Assembly (NCBI RefSeq): GCF_964204645.1
Contig: NC_134026.1
Location: 30,228,150 to 30,292,149 of the forward strand
DNA from: Tubulanus polymorphus
Taxonomy: Eukaryota > Animalia > Nemertea
Direction: 5' to 3'
DNA length: 64,000 nucleotides
This document shows positions 47,101-63,504 of this stretch, in pieces. The translations under genes were made by a program, and so were the position numbers. The notes under the pieces are model-generated. The model did not search any database. It saw only the letters and a program-made list of their open reading frames with translations, and was not told the origin of the DNA. Every line of letters begins with the position of its first letter. The stretch's first letter is position 1.

Positions 47101-49400
47101 ATGCGACAGGCAACGTGTAACTTGAAAGGTTCATAGAGCAATTAAACTGCAGTAGATTGAGCAGCATCTCTTCACTTGATGCAGCTTATCTGAGATGGTA
47201 TGTTATAGAATGATATCAACTGCATGTATACATGAATTTAGGAGATCGAAAAAGAAAACGTCATCAAAAGCGTTTTCGGACTCTCTCTAAGACCATCGTG
47301 ATCAAATGTTATGAATAATTTTTAATCTTTTTAATTTGTATGTTATCTTTTATGTTTAATTCTAGTATCGATTCTCCACGATTGTGTGTACGGGTAATTA
47401 TACTATATCGTGATATGTTGACGGTATTTCGTAAATAACGTAACATTCAGGATACAACGCGTGTATGGTCAACTGAATGTATGGTTTGAACAATGATCTG
47501 CGTCAAAGTTCACTGATTATTTAGAATAAACTACTAAATGAATTAACTCACGCTTCAACGTGAATCCAATAAACTTTATGATTTTTGATTAATTCCACTC
47601 GCTCTGATTGGCAGCTGCTCGAATGAATATATCAATTCCCAAATTGAAGGTATCGACGACTGATTAATCATAGATTCAAATCGTTTAGGTTTTTAGTTTA
47701 AAGTCGTTTCTGCAAATGGCAGAATTTCATTGTAAAAAAAATGATCGTTCACAAAAACTGTTCGGACAAAGAATTTGTTTCGAGTGGCAATTACTATTCG
47801 CGGGTGCTATTTTATTTACCTCGGCGATGCTATGTTCGAAAATAACGAGCCACGACTTAATAGCAGCTCAGTAAATTGCTCCAAACTTTGCGTCTATTCT
47901 TCCTTCATATTTAATAACTTGAGTCGATGCAGTTTTGGATGTGGAGAGAAAAGGCCCACGGCAGACACCTTGGGGAATAAAGTGATAGCCCGAGGCGGAC
48001 GCTTCGAGGAATCAAACCAATGATAAATCTAGTTAAATAGCCGCAGGCTACGCGCAGATTGCTGGGAGCGAAGTCCTCCACGATGGAAGCAAAGCCTATA
48101 GTTTTGTCACCTGGAGCGATTTTCACAACTCTAGCCTCAGAAAATCGTATTGTTAGTGAATATCATAACAGATTTAACACTTTGTTACATCGGTTGTTTG
48201 TTAATTAGAAACTCATCTTCACGCGGCTAATGGCCGATCATTAAATTATTGATGCGGGTCTTTAATAATCGAATATCTGATAATAGAAATATATCGCGCT
48301 GATATATCACACAGTGACCTGATTATATCCGAGAATCTCAAATTGTAATTCGAATGGTAATGGATATTTTCAAGAAACTAATTACAAAAAAATGGAAATT
48401 CAATAAAATTTCCGCCGCGTAAAAATCATCCTCGTAATTAAATCATATTACAAATGTGTCCGTTATGACAAATGTTGGTGAAAACTAGATCGATATTTGA
48501 AAAAAAAATGTTCCCCGTAAAGACATATATTTGGATGAAATATTTTTGATGGCTGTAAGATATCATCTATATTGGAGGAGGAAAATAATTTTTTCAAAGA
48601 GGAATTAATCAAGAGTAGTAAATTTTACATCTTATCGCTCGGAAAAAAATCCATAAAAGATTTTTTAATCTTTTTTTAGAACAAAAACAAAAGAAAATAC
48701 AAAATACGAAAAAAGCGAGTCCGAAATGTTTCCTTGAGCTAATATTTTAAACGACGTCTCAATTCAATTGTCATCTTCAGGAAACTTTTGTCTTTAGTAT
48801 TGTGATATTCAATGTGATATCGTAGCAACACGGACACGATGCTTCGTCAAGGTAAATTTATTGTGATTCTTTTTTCTAACGTATCTAAGCACCTTTCTTC
48901 GTGCGTTGTCTCACTTAATTTTTGTAAGTTTTATTTTTTGAGTTTTTTTTATTAATACACTTTCTTAAATAAATTATCAGATATTGTAATTATTTTTCGG
49001 TTATAATCTCAGTTTGTTCGGTTTTATCGCGAGCTTTACTTTATTCATGTTCGTCAAACAAAGTTTAAAATTTAAAAGATCATTTTAGATATAACTTTCA
49101 AAACTGTTTGCCTTACAAGATTTTACTTTGTCCAGTGAATATCTAAATCTTACCTTTAACAGTAATAGTTTTACAATATTCGGGATATTTGTCGGTGTTA
49201 TCGTCGCATATATCTGCTGATTTTTTACTGTGATGATCTCTCGATCTTTCTTCTGTTTCTAGAAGCCGAGAATTCGAACTATTGCCGTAAAATCTATTTG
49301 CGTTATACATATGTTCAGTAGGGGTTCTTTGAGGTCCGATATTATCAACAGCGAAGTCCGAATGACTGTTAAATCTGTAATCTCCAACAACGTTCTCCAT
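44178..49400 (-). CDS. Vax: Ventral anterior homeobox (Vax) transcription factor, about 208 aa
   Basis: Exons 49400-49154, 45856-45669 and 44369-44178 join in frame. Vax-specific [35 protein letters not shown], homeodomain ...LSETQ|[11 protein letters not shown], and the C-terminal [13 protein letters not shown] motif. Confidence 0.95.
44745..44758 (-). promoter_or_regulatory. CTCF-like consensus site in Vax intron 2
   Basis: The minus strand reads CCACCAGGGGGCGC, the canonical CTCF core. Confidence 0.5.
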
Positions 49401-52400
49401 TTCGAAAGTTTTTTTCTATAATTCTCCGTTCAGCTGCCGAAGTTCTTCCCGGAATGAATTTCTTCTTACTTTTACTGAAACATCGCGCGTTTGTTGCGTT
49501 CTATACAGAAACCTCCGACACGGATTGTGGCGACAGAATGCGACGTGAATCCGATGTATTTTGAGTTTAGATCTTTTATCAAGAATTACCACAAGTGAGT
49601 TATAACACCTCTTCACGGGACTATACACAGCCAAACGGAGCCACTCTATTATGATAGTTTGTTTACAGAGATACTTCTTTTTATGAAAACACGCCGTAAA
49701 CCCGACAATAATTCGCGTCTCCTGTCTTCGCGTGACGACAGCCGGACTCGCCGCCGTTTTAAAAACTCTCGAGTAGAGAATATTTGCAGAAAAGTGGGCG
49801 GTATTCAGCGTTAATCGTGCTTTAAACTCATCAATTAACTGACAAAGAATGACACAAGGAAGACTTCCAAGTGTCCCCGAGTCTTAAAGAAATATTACCA
49901 GTTTTGGACGTGTTCTGATTGGTCGGAGGCTTATTCATTTAGAGTTAGATTTTCTCGTCTGCTGATATCACGTGATGCGTCTGTGGACCCGGTATTGGTT
50001 ATGGAGATCTGTCTCCTGCTGAGCCGACTTGTCTTTGGATTGTATTTCACTTAAATCTAGTAATAGCGTGTATCCTATATAGTCAAGTTCAAATAGGTGA
50101 AAACGACGGAGAGAAGCAAAATATTTCCAGATCTTTATATGATCTCACAGTCGCTGGTTCCGGGAACCACTGTATTTTGTCACTTTACATCTTTCGTTCG
50201 TTCGTTCGTTCTTGGAAATTGGTTTGCCACCAACGCCGGTGTACAAAATTTGAAATGATGTCAATGGTTTTTGGAAAGAATAAATCTTGCAAAACTAAGA
50301 TTCAAAATGAGAGCAGAAATAAGATTCGTCTGGAAATGATTTCACTGAATGTTCGCTTTCACCGCTACATTTTCTAGAGAAAAAATATCGCCTTATAAAA
50401 ACACACACAAATTCAAAATGTGAGCAGATCATCTATATATGAGAAAAAATTCCTCTGGAGAAATATTTCATTGACATTTTTCTGCGTCGCGTGAAGAATT
50501 AGAAGAACTTAGAAAATGTCGATGAAAACAATGAAAACGTATCGTTTGTTTTTGTGAGAAAATGAACGTTCGTGTTTTCACATTTATTCAATCAAGAATC
50601 GTTATAAGATTTGATCGGCGACGAATTGCGACGGTTTGACTCGACGGAGTTATATCGCGGGTGGGCAACTTAGGAAGCGTTTGAACGTCGGGTGTCCATG
50701 TATAAGAAAATGCGTTTATTAAAGAACAATGAAAAATACCATAAACAAAACAGCAGGTGATAACACTATGATCTCCGCACTGCAAGACGATTTCACATTA
50801 TTCAATGATCGTCAATGGGGCGAAAACGTGTGAATTTCGTTAGAAATCAGAAGTCAAGTCAAAACAGGTGGAAGTGTCAACCACTTGAAATAGAACGTGT
50901 TAAAACCCTCCTACGGTGCGGTGACCAGTCATGTCGACACATCACTCTCTCAAGTGTGGTCACATATTTTTCTAACCTCAGACTCCAGGTTTCTATGAAT
51001 TCCCGTCTAACGCCATAATTCGTTATGCAATTTTAAACGTGATTTTCAATTCCAGCTGTTGTTAGTGGATAACGTCTCTATCCCTGATAGAATGAATGAT
51101 TTCTATTTTTCAATTCAAGCATTTCACGATATGAAAATATGTTTGATGTATCAAATCTACACGTGAAGAAACACATTCCCAATTCAAAAGACTGAAACCA
51201 AAAAAGGGGATACACTAATAAGTAAACCAAACAGAATATCCATTTATTCAGGATCACGGTCTGATTGTAAAGATGGTTTTTATTTCGCTTGGTCACTATT
51301 ACTCTCGAGGCAGTGAACGGAGCGGGTGGAACTGAGTGATAATAAACCAGCGCTCATTTCAAATCTTCACTTTTCCGGGTGATTAACAATTCACTGATGA
51401 TCGTCAGTCCGTGAGCCGTTTAAACGCCTGTCAATAACAAAAAGATTGCCCACCCCTCACCACCCCGCGCCCGCGGCCCTTCCGTACGTGTGAACTCGCA
51501 TAATAAACGATTAAAACCGATGCAACTGATAGCCCGTGTTTCATGCGTCAGTTCCCGGCACAAACAACATCAAACTTGTTTCAATTTTAATATCATAATG
51601 CAAATATTTCATTGAATCGTATCCATTGCTTTAAATGGTGCAAACTATAAAGGTATCCATCAGATCAGATTATAACACAAATTCTACATTGAAGTAATTG
51701 TAATTTCGTTGAATGCGATGCAAACTTCGCAGATGTCCCTTTTACAGCGAATTCATTTACTCGAATGGACCAGAGCTTTGTGGACATCGTGAAAGAGTCT
51801 ATGTGAAGAGTGTTTTCAAACCTGTTCTAATGAAGCGAATAAGAATCCGTCTCCTTTCAGACGAGTTTTCTTCATTAGAAGTTAACATCGAAACTTCCAT
51901 TGTTCGTTTGAAAAACGGACGAAAAAAAGTCTCTCGGCAATAGAAAACTAAGGATTTCACCAGAAATTCCTTAAAAATTGTGAGGTTGTTCAAAATATAC
52001 GGGTAAAAATAGATTCATGCTGAAAATAGCAATTCTCCTTGGTCAGCGTCAACGCTATGCGAGTATCTTAATAAAATTGCAAATAAGTACGGCCGTGTTT
52101 CACAGTTGAAAGTTGAACTTTGACTCGTACAAAAATCACTGAGAATGAACTAATTTTAACTCACAACTGTCGAACTGTATCCTGAGGAGAAGGAACGCGC
52201 CTGGTTAGTTTATTTCTCTTTGAGAATCTTACGAACAATTTGCGGTTCAGATCTCGTCATTCGGTGGTGAGATATTGTTTGTTAAACTTAACCGTTTGAG
52301 AATTTAATGAAGCAAAAAACGTTATTCTATTTCCTAAAGCGCTTACAATTGGTTGACAAGGCTTTTGATTAAAGTTTTCATGTAAAACTGATTGACCGGA

Positions 52401-55400
52401 ATAAAATCGCTGGCGGGGATGTTTTAAGTAATTGTGATCCGGGGCAGATGTCTCCTCAAGGGACGGACATTTTTGAGCACCCCAATTTCTGAACCGTAAG
52501 ACACTTATTCGCTGAATAAGGAAAATATTTGAAAATACGCGATGAACAAGAATGGCGGCCATCCAGCAGATGTCTTCTGGCCATTTCTCAAATGCAATTA
52601 CACCCGAATAAAACGGGGAGGGCTCTTGGTTTAGACCGGGGGCAACCTAGTGACACTGCCTAGAGCAGGCTCTCTGAATAAAGGCGGCCAGCAGAGTAAC
52701 GAACGTTAAACAATCTAACGTTTTGTTAAACTATTTTAAGACACACACGTCATTCACAGAACGAACACCAAACATCTCCAATTAAAACCACGTGATTCGC
52801 CGTGTCCCGTCCGGAACGCCGTTTATTTTTGGATCGAAGCGAATTTGACTTCAATTTAAGGCGAAAACTTTATTGGATTTAACTGAGATAATTACGATGA
52901 TTATTCATTAGATGTGATAACATACTCTACATGATTTATACCAAATCGTTACGCGAAGAAAATGCGCCTATAGTTTTGTATTGTTGCCATGAGACATGAA
53001 GCTATTCAGACATTATTTACAATGTTTAAAGTTTGAGAGAATTGTGTAACATTTCGTTTCAAGAGTTCTAACCGTATGCGTTCACGATTCGGGCCGCTCA
53101 GTATACTATGAACCTCCCCGCTCTGTTGGATTATTATATCGTTTGATTTAAGCTCAATTTGGAAATGAAATAAATCTAACACAGTAATTAATATACCCGA
53201 GTCTATAAAACGAATCCAAACAGTGAAAAAATGTTAAATCATTGTAGACGTTATGGAAACCCATCAATAAAGACTGAAAGACGATAATCATAAGAAATTA
53301 AGAAATTACAAATTTAAGGTGGCCGTGCATGGTTGGTCCCAGTGGACGTGGAGTAGACATTCAATTCAATTATTCAATTATATTGTATTACTGTATAATT
53401 TGTATAATTTGTTATAACTTCTTTGTGAATAAAGATCTGATATATGATTATCATTAATTACTGATTGATCATTGTAGACATCATCACAACATCAGATTTA
53501 CAAAATTGATAGAATTGATAAATCACAAAATAACAGGTAAAACAGACAAGAAACAAAAGTTGGATAAAGTTTAAACATACAAGCAAAAATTCATTGTGAA
53601 TTTTTGATACAAATCATCAAACATTATTAGATTAACAGTAGCATTACACTATAATTGCATTCACTAGTTCATACGTCCGTGGTGCTCTCCACGTTTCATA
53701 TCTCTCTTGTTGGCATTGCGCAACGAAGCATCATGTTAGAAGCCGTCTGGTCCCGTCGGGAGATAAGATTCATGGGGGTTATATTCACCTCAGCGGTATC
53801 AATGAGAATGAAAGTGTCTGCATTATTTGAGCTGTTATTCCGGTATAATACTCCTCCTATTGTACCGGCAAAACGACAATAGAATAGAATCACATTGTAT
53901 GGACGGAAAAAATCATTTCCTGAGCTTTTCTTAAAGAGCAGGCGACATCGCCAAATTCCGGTGACATTTGTCTAGTGCGTGTAATTAATGATCGTGGCTT
54001 CAATCCACCGCAGGAGTTCTATTCAAAACTAACGTCTCATTCTTTCGGTAATGCGTCAATAGTTTAGTTATTGTTATGACAATACGTGGCATCATTATCA
54101 CAACTCGCTACAGACGAGTGCTTTACGAGACGAGAGAGGATCTTCTTCTATCAATTAACCGTGAAACTACCGTTTAATGAGACGAAGAATCCGTCGCGAA
54201 ATAATCGCACGAAGCCACTAAACTGGCTTTCAATCAGTAAGTCATGCGACATATGGCTATGCGAAAACATTTCTGACGTTTAAAATTGATCTTGAAAGTC
54301 TAACCAATTAATGACGAGGTCCTCAAGTGTTCAAGGCAATCACTTGATTTCAATATTTGATAGCGCGTCCATTTAGCTGCAGAGATAGGTTTCATGTCGG
54401 GATGTTAGTAAGGACAGCTGTCAGAACTGAAGTCTGCCCCACCACTTCAAACTAGACTCTCGACAACACCTTTCGGCTAGATATATTTTGATGTTTATGG
54501 GGATAGCAGCGACCTTTCCTATAATACAGAGAGAGTTCTTTAGCTAATTATTTTGAGCTACCAGGTGCGTGAGATCTGTTAGAATAGTATATTTCTGATA
54601 ATTGATTTGGTGGGGAAAAAACTGCAGTTTGCCTGCGAATTAGCGCTGATGAATAAACGTAATTCGTCGTTTAATTGATTATAAATTGGATTACCGACGT
54701 ATCCTGGTTCCGACGACGTTTACAACACGCAAAAAAGATGCGAGATGCAGAGCTGCAGCCGATAGCTTCTGCTGCCCCTCCTCGATTCTCTTATTCAAAA
54801 CTGTTAATGTTATTTCGACGATGAATCACTTATTTTGTACCTGCAAACAATTAGTTCTGAATCCCCATTTTGTCGGCTGAAATTTCTACTGTCAAGGGAC
54901 GCGACGAAAACTTTGCACGTAATTATCGACTGAAAGAAGGTCAACTTTGCCACTTTCGACAGGATCCTTCGTTAATTGTGTTATCGCTGGGCGTTTAACA
55001 AACCAATTACGAAAAGAAACATATTGCCCGCTAGGAAAATCAAAACTTGACAATTTATGTTGCAAACAGATCTTTTAGCAGTTTTGATTGAAAAGATAAA
55101 TGTCCCGCGTGTCATCGGTGGTTAAACGTGTTAGTTGGGTTTATTCTAGTCGGCCATCTGTACACAGTTGTTCGGTACTCAGAGTGTGTAATTGAATTAA
55201 TGAAGAAAAATCTGCGTTAAGTAAAATGATTGACAGCAACGATAAAAGTTGCCATTGTGCTCGGCACGCTACAGCTCCTTGTCGTCTAGAAATATGGCCA
55301 TTATTTTTTTTTATCATCCACTGCTTTACCACGACCTTATACAGAATCACCGGAACGATTGCTCTGCGACCGCCCGCCAGCCATATCTCGCCGGTAACGA

Positions 55401-55730
55401 CTGGCAGGCCATCGACGCCGGCAACGACGTATCACTTTCTGCGATGCGACACAATCGTCTCTCACAGTCTCTACAATTCTACCACTTTATTCCGACTCGT
55501 ATCGCAATCGACTGCGTGAAGCCCAACGCACACGACGCAGGGAAACGCGGCCCAGACGAAACATATTTCCGAGCGTTTCCCTGCGTCCTGTGCTTAACAT
55601 CGTTTTTCCGCATCGTGGGTAGGCCTACGTGCATTCCGTTAAGCTCAAGGTTTTTTTAAGACACGAATAATGAACGCTATATTACTCCACTGGCAATCAA
55701 CTGCTGCCTTTCTAACTAGTACACCGTACG

Positions 55731-55871
55731 GTGCTGCCTCTATACTCATCGTTAGCGGACTTTTTATACACTAACATGAACTGACTCTGGCAACCTACAT
55801 AACCTCGACTCCCAGAGTAAATTCTTGTTAGTGTATGAAAATTCCGCTAATGATGAGCATAGCGGCAGCAC
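55731..55871. repeat. Imperfect hairpin with 60-bp arms and a 21-nt loop
   Basis: 55731-55790 vs 55812-55871: ungapped, 52/60 Watson-Crick by manual alignment. Confidence 0.9.
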
Positions 55872-56564
55872 TTACTGGGGCAATGTTTGGCTCACCCTAA
55901 CAAGTGTATGAACTATGAAACCTTTTGGGATAATGTTTGTAGATCCTGTGTGTGATATTTAAAATGTTGCTTTGTAAATAATTGCAATTTTGTAGCTATA
56001 TTTATTGTTAGGATGAATAAACGTAAAATCTATTCTAATCTAGTCGACATGCGGCACCGACTACGGGTAATAAATAATTCCTATTACACATGTAGCTGTA
56101 TTGCGTTGGTCCAATATGAATTCAGTCTCCTCGATTTAAAAAAAATAAAAGGCATATGATAATTATAATTAAAAAACAATTATTTTATTCACTTACAAAA
56201 TTATTTTATGGTCGACATATTAAACAAGGTTTCAATAATGAAGTGACAATTGAATTTTACAGACATTAATGATTTCATCGAATGAGAACAACTGAAAATC
56301 TTTTAAAATTACAAAAATTGTTATACCTGCAATTGAAAAAACTTTCACAGAAAAACGACTAGAATAAAATAGTAGTACAGAGTAATTGCAGATACTTTAT
56401 ATAAAAAACCTTTTTCTATTCTGAATTATTACATACAAAAAGTCAAAAAGAATGTTACAATCATCCATCAAAAAGACACGATAAAATCTTACTCGAGAAA
56501 ATTCTTGATTGCTTAATGAATTTTTTTAAGAAATATAAAATCCAGCTAGAACAATGAGCGTGTC

Positions 56565-57962
<1,398 letters not shown>

Positions 57963-58416
57963 CTAATGAAAACTAAAAAAAAAATTCAATTCAACTCACG
58001 TCTATTCTAGGGCACCTGGGACGGGTTCATATTTGATTGACCGTGGTTCAGGATCTCAAGCTTTATGCGACGAGCTCCTGACAGATGATAGTTACAGCAG
58101 AGAGATTGGTAAAGCGAGAGAGAGAGAGCATTTTTTGCCGGTTCTAAGTCATTTAATTTGTCTAGGAAAAGCATCATTACAAAAACTTGTCACTTACTGA
58201 CAGGAGAAACTTTTCTAAATCATTATATAAAAAATCGGTGTCAAATACTGATCATTAAAACAGAAATTTGGCAAACTTTTCGCTTTTTTGTTTCCAACAA
58301 CCACGAAAAATAGTAGAAAGCGCCGTCTATCAATTATAGTAGTCTATAAAACACGGATCTGGACTTTAGTCCCTCAGAAAATCGAATCCGTGTTTTATAC
58401 ACACTCGTAAACAAAG

Positions 58417-61400
58417 ATGGCGGTTAATGAAGCTAGAACCGGCGCTGATAAAATGATGTTCGATCCGATTAAATCCATACAGGATGAAGCTCATGTCAAA
58501 AGTATGGATGAGTACAGAGCGATGTATGAGGAATCTATTGAGAATCCGGAGAGATTCTGGGGTGAAATAGCTAAACAATTCTACTGGAAATCACCACCTC
58601 AACCCGGTCAATTCCTGCAATACAATATCGACGTTCGAAAAGGCCCAGTCAGCATCAAATGGATGGATGGCGCTATAACTAATATCTGTTACAACGTATT
58701 GGATCGTAATATTGAAAAAGGGCTTGGTGAAAATGTGGCTTTTTACTGGTAAGTAATGATGAAACAATATACACACGGACTTTATTGACCTTCCGGTGAC
58801 CCCCTATTGACCTTTTTTTTGCAAAAACCTGTCCCAGGCTAATCAATACGTTTTTAATTTATTTGACATTTTAGGGAAGGAAATGAACCCGGAGATGAAG
58901 CAAAGATTACGTATAACGATGTTTTACGTGAAACCTGTAAAATTGCTAATGTCTTAAAAGCAAAAGGTAATAATCAATAATATTGATTATTATTTTGTAA
59001 ATTTGTTTTTTTGAGTTTTTAGCAGAGTGATAGGCCTATCAACCGCAAGCATTGCTCCAGACCTGCTGCTGTTCGATTATAGAAATATTCAAATGTAATT
59101 AATTATTCAACTGGACTTTTTTTTAATCTTCATCAATTCATTTGTTTTGATTTATTCAGGAATTAAAGTAAATAAACAAAAATGAATGATAAATCTGAAT
59201 TCTGTTAATTATACTCTTAATTTATTTTTTTTTGGCAGGAGTACAGAAGGGTGATAGAGTATGTATATATTTGCCGATGGTTCCATATTTAGTCTATGCA
59301 ATGCTCGCTTGTGCCCGGATAGGAGTTATACATTCCATTGTGGTAAGAATGAAACAAGTTTTGGGCACTTCTTCATACGTGTTATATTTGATTTAAAAAT
59401 GCATGCATGACGCGGGTCAAAAATCAACTACAATTTGAGTATGTTCTATAATGGACTATTATTCATACAGATTAGATAAGCTTATTCACTGACGACCACC
59501 ACAGTCCCGTCTGCTGACCTCATCAGACCAATGTCTACTGATTAATCTAAAAGTGACCTCTTGATATTCATCAATTGATATATTTTCATAAATGATATAT
59601 TTATAGTTTGGAGGATACTCATCAGCAGCGCTAGGTGAAAGAATTCTCGATGCTAAAGCTAAAGTTTTGATAACTGCAGGTACGCTGTGTTTGTAGAAAT
59701 TATTTTTTCAACAAGTGTTTAGTGTCAGAACAAACGTTGAATACAATACAATAATTATGCTCAGATTCTGGATTGGTCAAGTTTAGTGTGAACCCTAGTC
59801 AAACAAAGTCAATGATGACCAACCTTACTCATGTGAGAGTTGAACTCCATTATTTTTTGTCGAGTTCCTTAATGAACTGTAAATTATAGTTTTCAATCTG
59901 AGACTTTGAACGTTGATCTAAATTTCAACCTGACCACTGGTCCCGATTAATTTGATTTGACTGCCAGGAGTCTACTCTATTTATTTCATGTTGGTAATAT
60001 TTGAATTTGATTTGTTTATTTAGATGGTGTTTTTAGAGCAACGAAATTAATCAACTTGAAAGAAATAGCGGACGGTGCTTTAAAGATCTGTGAATCTAAG
60101 TATGTTTGATTTGAACGATCGTGTTTTTGAATCATCCATTTCTTTAACTAATCGAATGATGTTGTTCATACAGAAATCATGAAGTTGATCACTGCATCGT
60201 ATTACAACATCTGACAGGACCTGAAAACGGACCAAACGATAATGATCCGCCGGCTAAGAGGCCGTGTCATAAATTACAGGTAAAAATAAGCACCAATTCG
60301 CCATCTATTAGATGAAAATCGCATTAACACAAAAGAAAAAAAACAGAAATAAATTATACTGAAAACTCAGGGAAACAGAAATAAATCAGGGGATTTATAA
60401 ATGGGTGGAAAGTGGCCACCCTGAAAAAACTGCCGAATCTTGTGTTCATCCTAAATGCAACTGATATGATTTGCATCGAGACTTTCATTCACAGTTAAGT
60501 CTTCTATAATTGAAGGTTGTTTGGAATGATAAAAGAGATGTGTGGTGGCACAATGTCGTAAAGAATGTATCGGAATCATGTGACGTCGAATGGATGAACG
60601 CTGAAGATCCTCTATTCATGTTATACACGAGGTATTCAACTTTACGTATGTTTTAAAGACGTATAACGACGATTGAAATGATTTTTGATTGTGTTTGTGA
60701 TGTGTTATTTTGTAGTGGTTCGACCGGGAAACCGAAGGGTGTTTTACACACAGTCGCTGGTTATATGTTATACACGGCTACTACATTTAAATACACATTT
60801 GATTATAAACCGGGAGATGTTTATTTCTGTACAGCTGATATAGGATGGATCACTGGACATAGTTACGTTGTATACGGACCAATGGCTAACGGAGCTACCA
60901 GTGTTTTGGTAAGAGTTTAAGCCACTAGGGATCATTCATTTATTACGTACACATTAAGGGGGAGGGGGAGGGGTTAGTGCAATTGCGTACTGTAATGCTT
61001 AATGTATATGAAAAAATGGCTGATTTTGTGTACGGGAAAGGGTGTAGAAAAAGTCAAATTTCATGTGTATGTAATAAATGAATGATCCCTTTGCTCTCGG
61101 GAATTTCACTATGTTTATTACTACTCAGAAAATTCAAGGGATAATCCGAGTTCATCATGATACCAAATAGCTCATTTGCTGTTTATGTTCATGTATTACA
61201 ATGTTTTGGTTACAGTTTAAATCATACTTAATATTTAATTTTGGTTCATTTTCAGTTCGAAGGAGTTCCTACGTATCCAGATCCCAGTCGATTCTGGACG
61301 ATAGTTGATAAATATCGGGTGAATTCGTTCTACACAGCTCCTACTGCTATCAGAGCTCTCATGAAAGCTGGTGACGATATCGTCAAAAAGTAAGAGTTTC

Positions 61401-63054
61401 AACATCCGTTTTGTGTCTTAATTGTTCTTCTTTCCGCTAAACGTTCAGCTGTTGATTTCAATTAATTGTAGATCGAGTCGAAACTCTCTGAGAATTCTAG
61501 GCACAGTCGGAGAACCGATAAATCCAGAAGCGTGGTTATGGTATCATAAAGTAGTTGGTGAAAACAAGTGTGCAATTGTAGACACTTTCTGGCAAACAGA
61601 AACTGTAAGTATACTGATTAATGTTAATGGTTTATTATGGTTGATATTTGGTCATAACTCTAATATTGAATTATAATTTACAGGGTGGTCATGTGCTAAC
61701 ACCTCTACCTGGCTGTACCCCGACTAAACCTGGATCGGCAGTACGTAAAATCATCGAGCAATTTTACCTAAAACCGTTCGCTGAACTCGATAGAAATCGA
61801 GAAATGTAGATTTCGATTGATTTTCTGTTTGTAGACATTTCCATTCTTCGGTATCATTCCGAAGATATTAGACGACAATGGTAAAGAGATAGAAGGAGCT
61901 GGTGAAGGTTATTTAGTAAGTAGTAAATTACTGGGTCCAGTTACACAGTTCTGAGTTAAGATTTGACCCTGGGTTAAAACATTGAAAATGAACTAAATTT
62001 AACTCAGAGTTAACTCTAACTCACAACTGTGGAACTGTGTCCTGAATATTAATTCACTCTATTATAGATTTTCCTACAAAAACTGTGTCCAATCTGATAT
62101 TTATAGGTGTTTACCAAACCATGGCCGGGAATAATGAGAACCGTTTATGGAAACCACGAAAGATATGAAACTACATACTTCAAAAAGTTTGAAGGCTATT
62201 ACTGCACCGGAGATGGTGGGTTTAATAAGTTCGATGACTAAAAAGAAAAAGTTCACAGATATTTGAAATTTGATTAATTTCACGCAGTGTTTCATTGACT
62301 CGTTGCAAATTGAATGAGTGATTAGATTACAGTTGAGTTGTTTGTTGTCTGTAGGAGCCAGGCGAGATGAAGACGGTTATTTATGGGTAACCGGTAGAAT
62401 TGATGATATGTTAAATGTATCCGGTCATCTGTTGAGTACGGCAGAAATAGAGTCAGCGTTGATTGAACATCCAGCAGTAGTCGAAGCTGCCGTCGTATCT
62501 CGACCTCATGATGTTAAAGGAGAAGCTACCTACTGTTTCGTCACACTAGCTGATGTAAGATTCATTTTTCTCACTGATTTGTTCAAACTCTTGTTAAGTC
62601 ATCAAAGCTGAGACAGGGTGATCACTAACCTGGAAATCAGGGAAAAGTTGAATTAAGTGTTGTGGAGTTTACTTATCCGCATACAAATACAAATTGTACT
62701 AAAAAATATATTTATTTCCAGGGTCACACTTTTGATGAAAATCTAGTGAAAGAGCTTAAAATTAAAGGTAAAAATGATTTGGTCGATTTTATCCTCGTAA
62801 GGTATTCATTATTCATTGCGGTATATTTATAATTGTTTGATGGTATTGTAGTGAGATCTAAAATTGGACCGTTCGCGAGCCCTGAGAATATACAAGAAGC
62901 GCCCGGTTTACCGAAAACTCGTTCAGGAAAAATCATGCGTAGAATATTGCGTAAGATCGCGCGTGGTGTAAACGAGGATCTCGGTGATATTTCAACGCTA
63001 GCCGATCCTGCGGTCATCGACGTTCTGTTCAACAAGAGAAAATCTGCCTTGTAA
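58417..63054 (+). CDS. ACSS2: Acetyl-CoA synthetase, cytoplasmic type (multi-exon)
   Basis: [100 protein letters not shown]. No mitochondrial presequence; PPAKRPC insert resembles ACSS2. Confidence 0.95.
60928..61089. mobile_element. MITE family B copy in an ACSS2 intron (opposite orientation to 11706-11858)
   Basis: Same TIRs (gggatcattcatttattac / gtaataaatgaatgatccc) and a homologous interior. Confidence 0.8.
61934..62041. mobile_element. MITE family A copy in an ACSS2 intron
   Basis: Reverse-complement homolog of 6867-6974, again flanked by CTG on both sides. Confidence 0.75.
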
Positions 63055-63467
63055 AAATAATCTCAACATCAACGAAAAGAGAATCATCGACCCGGTTCTA
63101 GGACAGTCGTCAGCGAGTTCACATTTGATTCTATGCAGTTTAACTAAGTTAAATCTGAAGTCAATATTAAGTACCTTGGAACCGGTTCATGATTTCAGAA
63201 CCTGTTCCCACATATCATCCATCATCTCGATATCGAAGAACTCCTTTTAAAATTTGTTAAATGATTATTTTAATGAATTGCGGTTCGCTAAAGGAATTTG
63301 ATTCTGCCTTTTTGTGTTATCTACCTCTGGATACGGTGAACTGATTAGCAATGGAAGTATTTTTGTAGAAATTTGATGAAGATTGTAACGTATCAGCAGC
63401 AGAATGAATTATTGTTCTGTATTTTGTAAGATACTGGGAATAAGGAAGTTTGAATTTAAAACACTGG

Positions 63468-63504
63468 CAGCAGCAGCAGCAGCATCAGCAGCAGCAGCAG
63501 CAGC
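63468..63504. repeat. (CAG)n microsatellite downstream of the ACSS2 stop
   Basis: Read directly; one CAT interruption. Confidence 0.9.

Noticed and set aside
55141-55659. Overlapping GC-richer ORFs (97-136 aa) upstream of Vax
   Set aside because: No domain motifs or credible splice sites; more likely regulatory or TE-derived sequence.
63031-63054. ACSS2 C-terminus KRKSAL as a peroxisomal targeting signal
   Set aside because: SAL lacks the basic middle residue of canonical PTS1, so support is weak.
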